Shown: in pieces, positions 12,201 through 23,117 of the stretch | How positions within the stretch are numbered: position 1 is the stretch's first letter | Layout of the letters: the number at the start of each line of letters is the position of its first letter | DNA from: Nemertoderma westbladi | Lineage: Eukaryota > Animalia > Xenacoelomorpha | Direction of reading: 5' to 3' | NCBI GenBank assembly: GCA_032718475.1 | Contig: JAUCBJ010003170.1 | Span: 1-64,000, forward strand | Length of the DNA: 64,000 nt | Made by a program: the position numbers and the translations under genes | The notes under the pieces: model-generated | Told to the model about the DNA's origin: nothing | Database searches by the model: none | What the model saw: only the letters and a program-made list of their open reading frames with translations

Positions 12201-15200
12201 AGTTAATTTTCCTTTTTCTCGTTTAGCAAGCCTTTCCTGTGAATAAAATAATGGGTACATAAAGTAGATGAGTCGATATCATCCTATTTTACAACCATTT
12301 GTTATGTAATCATATAAAGTGCTACATTACACGACCTTCGCTACACCACACGACGGTTATATTGAAAAATATCGAGACATGAAAAATATCGAAAGTAAAA
12401 ATATCGAGAGTAAAAATATCGAGAGTAAAAATATCGAGAGTAAAAATATCGAGTGTTGAAAAATATCGAGAGTAAAAATATCGAGTGTTGAAAAATATCC
12501 TGTGTAAAAATATCGAGTGTTGAAAAATATCGAGAGTAAAAATATCGAGTGTTGAAAAATATCGAGAGTAAAAATTTCGAGTGTTGAAAAATATCGAGAG
12601 TAACAATATCGAGAGTTGAAAAATATCGAGAGTAACAATATCGAGTGTTGAAAAATATCGAGTGTTGAAAAATATCGAGGGTAAAAATATCGAGTGTTGA
12701 AAAATATAGAGTTTAAATTATTGAGAGTAAAAATATCGATAGTAACAATTTTTTTAAATAAGGGTTGTATGATAATTGTTTTCCTAAAAATGTTCTAGAA
12801 CCAAAAAATGTGTTCTAGAACTAAAAATATATATCAACATTGGTAGCTTACACGTGTTCTATAACATTTATAAAAAGAAGTAGAAAATACTAGCTAGCTA
12901 TTTTAAAAAATTGAAAATGTAATCTAGAATTAAAAAATGTGTTCTAGAACAAAAATATTTATCAAAATTGATAGCTAGCACTTATTCTATAATATTTATT
13001 TAAAAAATAGCAAAAACAAGCTAGTATAATAAATCTGGTGAATGGGTACCCAAAGGTGTATTAATGCCATTTACTTGCACTTTCACTGTCGTACCCAATG
13101 TACTGAAATATTGTCCCCTAATTCTAAATAAAATGCTCAAGCAAAATGCAATATTTTAGCTCTAGAAATTTTTCAACGCTCGATATTTTTACTCTCGTTA
13201 TTTTTACTCTCGATATTTTTACTCTCGTTATTTTTACTCTCGATATTTTTACTCTCGTTATTTTTACTCTCGATATTTTTACTCTCGTTATTTTTACTCT
13301 CGATATTTTTACTCTTGATATTTTTCAAGTCTCGATATTTTTCACCTTTACCCACACGACACTCTAAGTATAAAGTTAATAACACACTCATTTAAATAAT
13401 GTTACTTCCCTTATACAATCCCAGCTGATGTTGACTCGGTTCCACAACCGTTACTTCCACATTAACACCCTTGTGTACACGTTGTATTACATCAACCATC
13501 TGTAGGTCAATGTCTCCATCTCCACTCCCAAAAGACAACATCTTTAAAATATTATCGTTACCCAATTTAATATGTTGACATTCTTCTTCAAACTCTAGTT
13601 GAAATAACATATTATTAAATAACAGGGTAGGGTAGGTGCTAAATTACCACCTCTACATCTACAGTTTCCTTTCTATAGACTTTAATAAGATATTATTATC
13701 ATGTTTAAATGTCATTATCAAGCTTCTAAACAATACAATCAATTATATTGCTCATGGAATATAAAATTGTTTATTATAAAACCTAACAACAACAACAACA
13801 ACAATAAATAGGATATTATATTGAATATACAACTCTTTTCAACTAAAATCAATATAATGTTTGGAGATCGTTTCGGTTACAGCTTACAGGTATTTGTATT
13901 ACCTACCTTGATTAATCCATTTCTCTAAAACTAGTTTTTCGTCAGAAAGCTGTAAAAATAATTCAAAAGATTCCATATACCGATCGTCATCCGACGAGAG
14001 ATTTTCCATCATAACTTTATCTGTTGATTAATTAATTACCTAAACTGGCCACCTTTTTCAGTATAATTGCCGGCGATAATTAAACCTTATATTTTCTTTT
14101 CTTAACTTTTTTTTAATTTTCGAAATAAGAAAATAGAAATATTAAAAGGTTTAGGAAAAGAACAAAATGAACTATTCTCTCGGAAACTGCGCTTTAAGTG
14201 GTTGGCCGGTCGCTCCCTTGTGTTTACATAATTTTAATAATATTTTTTAAAATAAATTAGTCGTTGCAACAACTAATGGCATCTTGGATTACATGAATGC
14301 TTGTAACATAATCCCATTGCTGAAAGTTCTTGAAGCTTTGGAATTAAAAAAATCCATTAGATCTACTCATTGTGAGAAGCACTTACTCTTTTCTCGACAA
14401 ACTTGCTCCAAATCAATTACAAATTCCATTGCAATTGATTTCGGAATAAGTCTCTCGTGAAAAATAATCTGACAAATGTATTTTCAAATTAGTTAACTGC
14501 GTTTTATGTTGCAGTTTAATAATATTTAAGTCAATTTTCTTATTATATTTTTGTTATCATACACATACAGTACACACAATATGTTATTATGTTGTTGATA
14601 TTATATTGAAATCACTGTCGTATTTTTTCCATTTTTTCCCTCTTTCACAGATGCTGTAGCCCTTCACAACTTCAAGCAACATCCGTTGTTACAGCTAATC
14701 CAGGGATCATTTCTCCTGTCCTTACATCTGGGCCAACTAATATAACGGTAATTTATTATTATTTATTAATACAATATTATCTATTATATTTTATCATATG
14801 TCACATCAACGGCTTTCATGGTTGTTGAGTACCTTATATTCCAATTAAGTTGAGAACGGGTTGGTGGCGGTGGCGGTGGCGGTGGCGGTGGCGGTGGCGG
14901 TGGCGGTGGCGGTGGCGGTGGCGGTGGCGGTGGCGGTGGCGGTGGCGGTGGCGGTGGCGGTGGCGGTGGCAGATGCGGTGGCATTTCGTAAATCTGATTT
15001 GAATTTCAAATCCGAAAAAAGGTTTTCTGTTTGGAGATTAATATAATCTCAATTTTGATTGATTTAGATCCAAATAACTTTGACTCCTGTTCCTGTTTGG
15101 TACTGTAACAGCCGAGTTGCATGAATTGGAAGAAGATAAAACCAGGTTTATTTACGCTAGTGATATCTACTGAATTGGATCACTTACCTATCTATACTTT

Positions 15201-18200
15201 TATTTATAGGAATCTTTAGTACTGCCTGTTTACTACGTAAATATGGCCCCGTGTCCGTGCGATATAACCGCTGGATCCTGTGACGTTGATTGCTGCTGCG
15301 ACACCACCGACTGCATCGAGAATGTCACTGACATATTCACTTGTCAGTCGGGGTTTTATGGTGAGTTTAATTTTTATTAATTCTATAACTCAAGATGCTG
15401 ATTAATAGCCTTATAAACATTATCTAGAATGCTTATTGTTTTGGTTACAAACACGCAGTGTGATGTAACGTGCTCCTTTTCCTTGTAGATCCTGTCACAT
15501 TTAAAGTTAATACATTAAAACATGGTTTTTAAATACACGAGAACTTTTTTTGTAATTATATATTAGTATTCGAATACGACTAAACGTTTAAAAAAATAAG
15601 TTTTATATAGAATCTTAAGAGCAACCAGTCTCTAATCTAAACTATGCAATGAAGTTATTAGGGACAGATTGTAGTTTATATTGTAGTCACAAGTTGTTTC
15701 TTAGACGTTATTTAATAGAGAATGTAGTATAAAAAGTAGAGCAAGCGAAACAGCTTGTGTGTATCACAGTCTGTTTTATTCTTCATATAACTTCGCCAGA
15801 CAGATATTTTTATTACATGCCAACCTATTTACAACCGACGTTTCATAAGGATTTACTATCACTGCTGTATATTTTGTACGTCACATCACATTCAAATCAC
15901 CAATGACGACGAGGCGATCTTCTGCCGTCCTGTGGTCTACAGCGAGCAATATTTGGAGGTAAAAGAGGATGCAATGGTGCAAAAATAACATAATGAGTTA
16001 AAATTTTGACAAGACTGAAATAATGAAGTTCCGAAGAGGTGGTAGAATGTGAGCCAGTTTAAGCTAGTAACATTTATGTTTATATGGGAATCACTCTACA
16101 GCCGACTCTGCCTTTCATTCACACAGCGCATAGAAAATAAGAAACACCACTCTAACTAATTAAATAGGTTGCCTGAAATAGTTCAATACTTTACACTCGC
16201 AACCTCCTTTGTCTACTCCTCTGTTTACACTAATATTTTACTTAATTAATTTTAACATCAATTTAAATTAATAAAGTCATCTATTGCCCCGCTCCCCGCA
16301 TGGGGGCGTAAATGTCAATATGCATGAAAAAAAGGAAAGTTTTGTAATAAAATTAGGTATTACATGAAAACAAAGTAGCATTTTACAATTTATGATCTCG
16401 TTATGGTGCTGGTTAAGTTTCTTACATCCTTATAAAAGACCGTGAAGTCCATCGGTCAATCAGTAACATTAATCAGCATTTTATTTAATTAGCAGGAAAG
16501 ATATATGTTTAATTTAAGAAATATTAATAAATGGATATTCCTCACAGGTGGATTCAATGATTCTTTGGATAAATTTGACTGCGCTTCTATTGGCCAATCG
16601 TCATCTGGAGATATCCCAGACTGGCATCCAATGCTGTGCGTACAATTCAACATGACGCCATGGCTGGGATACTTTTACCCGACTGAGCAACCAATCGCTC
16701 GGCGAGTGAGTCAGTTCGACAACCTGCTGAGTCGCTCGGACCCACCGAAGAGACCGTTCGATACGACCGCGTTCGTTACGGGAGACGCGACGACGACTTA
16801 CGGATCGGGAAACCAGAGTTACACTGGGTACAGAGAGGGCGCGGTGGTGGCGGCCGACGGTACCGGTATCCGGTCGATGCTGACCCTCCCGAGAACGACG
16901 ACGGGGTTCGGATGCGTCGACGAGCCGGTTCGCTTCCTTCGGGAATACTCCTCGGCCTGCGTCCGACAACCGGAAGCCTCTCTCTGCGTCCCCGGCTCCT
17001 CGCTCGATGCGCGATCCTACCTCCTAGATAGCGAAGTGTCGACGCAATGCGTTCCCGGGCGTCAGCGCATCTGGAAAGCCACCAGGAGTGCCGTGGTTCC
17101 CATAGAAACGCGTTATCTCTGTGTTTACGACGAGACCTCCGCCTACGATGTTTTCATCGCGAACGATGGAACTTCCCCAATAGAAGACCTCGCTAACATA
17201 GACATAACGGCTGAAAAGAAGATCCCTATAACAGAAACATCTCGGATTCTTCCCTGCGGTTTCGATGACGGCGTCACTCTGCCACCTCAACCGTCTTTAG
17301 CCGCTAATTCCCAATGTAACCACGCGGTGGTGTATGTAGACTACGCTATCCAATGGAATAAGGCGGATATTTCCCGCATAGTAGCAACCGTTGTTATGGC
17401 AACCATTCCACTTACCGGGGCTCAGCCTCCTGCTAAACAGCAACACGCCGCCACGTTTACCGGAAGTGACGTCACTAAAGGCGCCACTCCGTCGCCGATT
17501 GAGACGACCCTGGCGGCGTTGCCACGTTACGGGGTTGCGGCCCTACCCACCACAGCCTCACCTTTCCGACAGAGCTACTCCGTGCGTTGGCATGGCGACC
17601 GCCCAGACTCGGCTACGGGGTGGGTCGGTTACCCGGGTTACGTGTCGGGTCAGACGATCCGGGTTGGTTACCTGGGCGACGCGTCAATACCGGAAGATCA
17701 GCAGGTGGTTGAGGAGACGTCGCCCTTGGCAACCCTCGCTACGATCGGCTGGGCCGATTCCAACTCCTGCCAATCCGCGGAGAACTCGCCTTTACGTTTC
17801 ATGCGTGACGTCACATCCGGTTGTTTCGTAACCATAACTCCCGATCAGATTAAGAACTGTTCGGAGCTGGCGAACACGTTGAGAGCTAAACTACTTCCGT
17901 TAATCACTGGTAATCGGGTTGCTAGGCGATCCAACTCGGATAATAAAGTCTATTCTGATTGGGTGCCTGTTATAGGTTACCTGGATACCGTCCGTTGGGA
18001 ACGTGTAGCCTATTGGCTGGCCGATTCCCAGCGCTCCTTTTTCGATGATATTAACATTTTGTATAAAATCGTTAACCCATTGGACGACTTGTCTAACCGA
18101 TGCGAGAAATTACCGACAGGCGTCCTCATCGAAGTGCTGTACACCGTACAGACGGTAGGTGGCGCTAAAGAGATCGTGGCGGTTCGTAGTAATTTCAGTT

Positions 18201-18523
18201 ACTCCGATTGGGATATGGAATGCCCCGCGATTGGCTGCCCGACTAATAAAGTTTTCCCGCTGACATCTCGGGTCCGCTTTACCGAGATCGTAATAACTCC
18301 CCCCGATGAGAAACTGTTCGACATTAATCGCGTCGACGATTGTATCGATAAAGGTATCGACGGCTGCTGGAGGAACCTATTCAGTATCGTCCAGTCTCCC
18401 GCCGGCACTGGATTTGACGTCTATTTGCAGTGGCAGACGCATCTCGCCCAGTTCTTGTGTCTTTCCATAGGAACATTAGGTCTAATTTATCTAACTAAAC
18501 CTTGGCTCTCTATTTCCATATAG
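9285..18523 (+). CDS. Tectonic-family ciliary transition-zone protein (TCTN2-like), 5 exons, about 1081 aa, long N-terminal extension
   Basis: Exons 9285-10133, 10979-11151, 14651-14747, 15210-15360, 16548-18523; all GT-AG and phase-compatible (3246 nt). Signal peptide METLHLILYFLVLFNFASC, tectonic Cys motif CPCDITAGSCDVDCCCDTTDC, GYPGYVSGQ and PLRFMRDVTSGC motifs, C-terminal hydrophobic anchor. Confidence 0.85.
10354..10398. mobile_element. 45-bp palindromic mini-element with 5-bp direct flanks
   Basis: CCATGGCCCACTTAAGGTAC-TTAAA-GTACTTTAAGTAGGCCATGG, flanked on both sides by AGGGA (10349-53, 10399-403). Confidence 0.55.
11625..14012 (-). CDS. Histamine N-methyltransferase-like protein, copy A (3 exons, about 300 aa), nested antisense in tectonic intron 2
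   Basis: Exons 14012-13907, 13594-13410, 12236-11625. MENLSSDDDRYMESFELFLQLSDE, SAM motif LSFGSGDGDIDL, VVEPSQHQLGLYK|ERLAK, VQVLYY, GYHKLW, LIVDFITE and YFDNSL match the HNMT family. Intron 2 donor appears non-canonical (GGAAGT). Confidence 0.85.
12355..13352. mobile_element. Foldback-like element with tandemly repeated TIRs in intron 2 of HNMT-like copy A
   Basis: Ends GGTTATATTGAAAAATATCGAGAC and (reverse complement) GGTAAAGGTGAAAAATATCGAGAC; arms made of 15-17-bp AAAAATATCGAGAGT repeats in opposite orientation (12360-12745, 13170-13345); CACACGAC duplicated at 12347-54 and 13353-60. Confidence 0.8.
14863..14970. repeat. (GGTGGC)n hexanucleotide microsatellite, about 18 copies, in tectonic intron 3
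   Basis: Directly visible; explains the spurious poly-Pro and poly-VA ORFs. Confidence 0.95.
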
Positions 18524-18620
18524 AACGTAAATTATTAGATAAATACTTAAGATTTTAGTTTATAATATCAATCACTAGTAACTAACTGTACCATCTTGCT
18601 TCGTTTGTATTGTTATGTAA

Positions 18621-19168
18621 GGGGGCGTTCATAAAGTATGTCACGCACTAGGGGGGGGGGGGGGGGGGGGTTAGAGCTTGCGTGACATTTTGTGACAGAG
18701 GGGGGAGGGGGGTGTCGACTTTTGTGACGGTCACGGCGATGTTCTATGCTTTAATGTTAGCTTGGCTTTGACTTTCACACATGTGTAGAAGAGTGGGTAA
18801 CTTTAAGGAAAACAATAAACTCAATAACATTGAGTATAATCGATAAATTGAGTAGGACATAGAAGCCATTGACTCCAACACTGTAATACCTGTTATTAAT
18901 ATAGAATAAGAACACTTGACTTGCCCGTGGGAAAATGTAGATATAGTGATTGAATTTATATTGTATTTTGGCATAACAAACATTGTGTATTATTACAATA
19001 AAATATTTTTTGTCGGGGCGGGGGGGGGGGGGGGGGGTATTACAAATTGTCTAATGTGACAGAGGGGGGGGGGGGGGGTCGAGCTTGTGTGACACTTTGT
19101 GACAGGGGGGGGGGGGGGGGGGGTCAAAAATCGGAAAAATTTGCGTGACATACTTTATGAACGCCCCC
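18621..19168. mobile_element. PIF/Harbinger-type (Tourist-like) MITE
   Basis: 27-bp TIR GGGGGCGTTCATAAAGTATGTCACGCA with its exact reverse complement at 19142-19168; TAA duplicated at 18618-20 and 19169-71; internal poly-G runs with TGTGACA motifs. Confidence 0.85.
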
Positions 19169-19397
19169 TAAGCTATATCTACTCTATATATTTTTTTTTA
19201 AATATTTTATACACTTTTTTTAGTAAATTAAATTATACTACTGTATTTGTTCGCATTATTTACAAAAAAAAAGCAAAGAGGTTCGAATACTGGAATTTAA
19301 ATATTTTTAATGACACTAAAATGATAGGGCTATTATCACTGTGAATTGAATTCCGCGTTGGTTTTAATTATTGTATATTTCATAAGTCTGAGCAAAT

Positions 19398-19730
19398 CTA
19401 TCTGAAAGATCTGATCATGGACAAAAATCGATGGCAACAAGAGACCAAAGTCGCGGTCCCAGCCGACTTGGCCCACAACCGTTTATCGTACACATACTCG
19501 CCAACACCTGGGCCCGCCCTATTAATTCGGCTTAAATGGTCTCCCAACACTTTGAGTGAGTTGAATTGTTTCCTCATGAATTCATCGTTCAGGAAATTGC
19601 AGCTTTGAGGGTCGCAGTGATTGGTTGCTATCCTGTTAATACTGATCAATGAATGGTTGTTTTTCTTTTCCCACTGTAGGGCTTCTTCCATGGCTTGGCT
19701 TGCATTAGACCACTCATTTTTCTTGGGTTT
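19398..19730 (-). CDS. Divergent ferritin-like protein, 3' exon (helices C-E plus C-terminal extension)
   Basis: Acceptor TTTAG| at 19731, then KPKKNEWSNASQAMEEALQWEKKNN...DPQSCNFL...LGDHLSRINRAGPGVGEYVYDK; joins in phase 0 to the exon ending at 35316. Confidence 0.85.
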   Translation of the reverse strand, partial: KPKKNEWSNASQAMEEALQWEKKNNHSLISINRIATNHCDPQSCNFLNDEFMRKQFNSLKVLGDHLSRINRAGPGVGEYVYDKRLWAKSAGTATLVSCCHRFLSMIRSFR

Positions 19731-20558
19731 CTAAATTATATTTAAAAACTTATTTAGTTATCTTAACATCATATTAATTTATGGAATGTGAGGCGTAAGA
19801 CTCTACTGTTGTAGTGTATGTAGCTTTTGGTTTTATAGTTTTTTTCTGCTGATTTTTATTGTAACTTGTGCTTGTGATCGGCACGGTGGGTGTGTCTTTG
19901 CTAACGAGTGGCTCCATAAAGTGAGTCACAGATTGTTTTACTTACAGATTGTTACAGAATACACCATGCACCGGAATATAGTGTCGTAATTCAGTGACAC
20001 GATCCCACCCGCTAATTTATATGAGATCGCAGAAAATTTTAAACATAGATGGTTCACTTCCAGAGTTCGCGATTCGTTGATGGTACCGCTCCGATGGTAA
20101 GCTGGCCGTGCAAGGATTCCAATTTTGTAAAATTATTGGAATTTGGTTGGAAAATAGCTGAGATATGGGCGTTCGAAAGTTACATGTATTGTTGCTTCCT
20201 ATTCAAGCAATTTATTATATTTAATAAATATACCATATTTTAAAACATTTTACAGTATTAAGGCTACCAATTAAAGTCACACCAAAATCGATGAAAAATT
20301 CACCAAAAAAAAGTATATTACACCAATTTAAATAATTTGACCCCAAAAAAATTATTCAACCCCAAATAAAATTATACAACACCAAAACAAAATATTCACA
20401 ACAAAATAAATGACAAAACCCAAAAATAAATACAAATTTCCCCAAAATAAATACATTTTCCCACAAAATAAATACATAATTCCCCAAAATAAATACATAT
20501 TCCCCCAAGATAAATACATATTTCCCCCAAAATAAAATACTTATTCCCCCAAAATAAA

Positions 20559-20751
20559 CAGACTCTCAGTCTCAGTTACAGACTCTCAGTTACAGACTCT
20601 CAGTTGCAGACTCTCAGTTGCAGACGCTCACTTGCAGACTCTCAGTTGCAGACTCTCAGTTACAGACTCTCAGTTGCAGACTCTCAGTTACAGACTCTCA
20701 GTTGCAGACTCTCAGTTACAGACTCTCAGTTACAGACTCTCAGTTGCAGAC
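20559..20751. repeat. 14-bp minisatellite (CAGACTCTCAGTTR)n, about 13 copies, preceded by degenerate CCCCAAAATAAATACATA repeats
   Basis: Directly visible. Confidence 0.9.
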
Positions 20752-21272
20752 AATTGGTACGAGGATCGTCGGGTGAGTACAAAGCAAAGATCCAAGACTT
20801 TACTGCCCGTTCTGTACAAAACAAAGACCCAAGACTTTACTGCCCGTTCTGTACAAAACAAAGATATAAAGTCACATTAGGACCCAAAGAGTGTTCGGTC
20901 CCAAAGAGCGTTAGGTCCGAAATCCATTGCAATTTAAAGGAGCAGGTTAGTAAAGGAGCAGGTTACAGAGGGGTGTTGGGGGAACCAAAACAATAAACGA
21001 AAGTTAACATGTCACAAGATTATGCAGGTCTTATATTTGGGTCTTTGTTTTGTACTCATCCGAGGATCGTCGGTATAATTTGATTAAACATTTTGCTTGA
21101 TTTATGGAAATAAATAATGAATGAATTTGTATAATTAAATTTTCCTTATCATATTTGTTGCTGGAAGAATTTTTTTTACTTTTTCGCTCGAATATACACC
21201 AAAATCGGGAGAAAAAGTTTCACTTGTTTTCACTACTTTTTTTCTCTTGGGAAAAAAAGTAACCCATTGGGT

Positions 21273-21447
21273 TAAAGTAAAGTAAAGTAAAAGTAAATTT
21301 TCTTTGGCCGTTAGGCCAGGGATTGCGCACAAAGTCTGACGACTTATTTCCAGTGCGGTCCCCCCAGAACTTTACTCCCCAGAGGAAACTCCAGTACTCA
21401 TTTAGCTACCACTTAAGGATGCAAGGCAGAGATCCGCCCTGGCTGGT
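21273..21447 (-). mobile_element. 5'-truncated copy of tRNA-derived SINE
   Basis: Near-identical to 34284-34448 (GACTTATTTCCAGTGCGGTCCCCC...GAGGAAACTCCAGTACTCATTTAGCTACCACTTAA); (TTTAC)n-type tail. Confidence 0.75.
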
Positions 21448-22204
21448 TGCATTGATTTTACTTTTTTCCCGGCGAAAAAAAAGTAAATTAAAATTTTTTT
21501 GATGGAATTTCTTAAATTTTATTACATGTGTTGAAAGTGCATCGAAGTGGAAAAGGTTTGTAAGTAGTTTGATTAAAATCCATTCACACACTCAAAAGTA
21601 ATTGCAACTGTAGTGTCTGTGCGGCGTACCCCTAAACGGAACACAATATCCAATATTGGTTTATGTAGTTAAGCGTCTCTCTAGTTACGTAATAAATATT
21701 CGAGAACAATAAATATTGAGTTGCGTTTCGGCAAAAAGTTGCGTTTTGGCAAAAGATAAAGATAAATTCCTAGATGTTACAGTAGAACGGGGTTGAATTC
21801 AATTACTAAAATTGTAGTGGTCTTTCTTTATGTCAATTATGCAAGGTAGGTGAAACAGTACTAATATTATTTTACCTATTTGTATGGAATTAATTTCGCA
21901 CTACCAAATCGCGCAGATAGGGGGTCTTTTGTTGGCCAGTTATTACTACATATTTACTATGTTAATTATATATTTAATATATATGTATTGGATATATTTG
22001 TATATATCTATATATATATATTTGTATATATATATTGTATATATGTATATATATGTATTTATATAATATATATTGGAATTATTGTGTATGTGTTAACCAT
22101 TATATACTGTATGAATGCCGACCAGCCACCCACAGGTGACTTATGGAGGATCGCTAGAAGTCGGCTAGTTTACATATGAAGTATTTAGATTAGGCCAAGT
22201 TCCA

Positions 22205-22515
22205 CCACTCTTGGGCCGTGTATAAAGGCGTCTATTCGACCCAGTGAACTGAGGGTAAGTCGCAAGTGGTCGGCAGTTCGGCTTAAATATATCATCATAG
22301 GTCTACAATGGACTATATGGAGGGTCGCTAAAAGTCGCAAAACTTTATATGTAGACTATAGGTGGAGCCGACTTTGCCGACCAAACCGACTCTTCCGACC
22401 ACCGCTTGGGCCGTGTATAACGGCGACTATTCGACCCAGTGAACTGAGGGTAAGTCGCAAGTGGTCGGCTGGTCGGCTTACATATATCATCATAGGTCTG
22501 CAATAGGCGACTATG
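22205..22515. repeat. Tandem duplication, unit about 195 bp
   Basis: CTTGGGCCGTGTATAA...TATTCGACCCAGTGAACTGAGGGTAAGTCGCAAGTGGTCGGC occurs at about 22210 and about 22405. Confidence 0.75.
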
Positions 22516-23117
22516 CAAGACTACATGACTGCAATGCATGACTGGCAAGCTAAATATATTAGCATGCCCAAATGGGCAAGTTATCTATTAGCTTGCCCAA
22601 ACTGGCAAGTTAATTATATGGTCGTGGTGCACTTCTTCTGTCCTCTGACTACTGTATAGCAAGTTATGAATATTGCTATACTAACAATGTTATATATGTT
22701 AACAATGTTATAATTATACTAACAATATTGTCGTAAATCATTTTAATTATTTTTTTTTAATTTGTTTTGTTGTTTTTAAATAGCCCTGAAGACGGGTGTG
22801 ACGCCCGAAATGCGTATTGGTAATAATAATTAAATTTAATATTTATATTTTTTGGTATCGAGGCATAGACCCTTACTCCCACACTTATCATTCACGATAC
22901 TAACAATAATGGACAAGAGCAACAACTCTTCTGGTGTCCAGCCAAAACGGCGAGGGAATATTAAATGATTGAAGGACAGCGCCAAAAATTATATTAATAA
23001 AAAATTATAGCATAAAGAAACAGTTTAATTTTATAATCGTCCCCTTATAACATTTCCGCTACTGGTACTTGCCTTGCTTCCTATTGTTTAAAATATATCT
23101 TAGCAAGTTAACAGTTT

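Noticed and set aside
12322-13391. LDIFT / LSIFF / SKNIE repeat ORFs, and likewise the ORFs at 14784-15046, 20604-20996 and 61523-63347
   Set aside because: Translations of tandem repeats.
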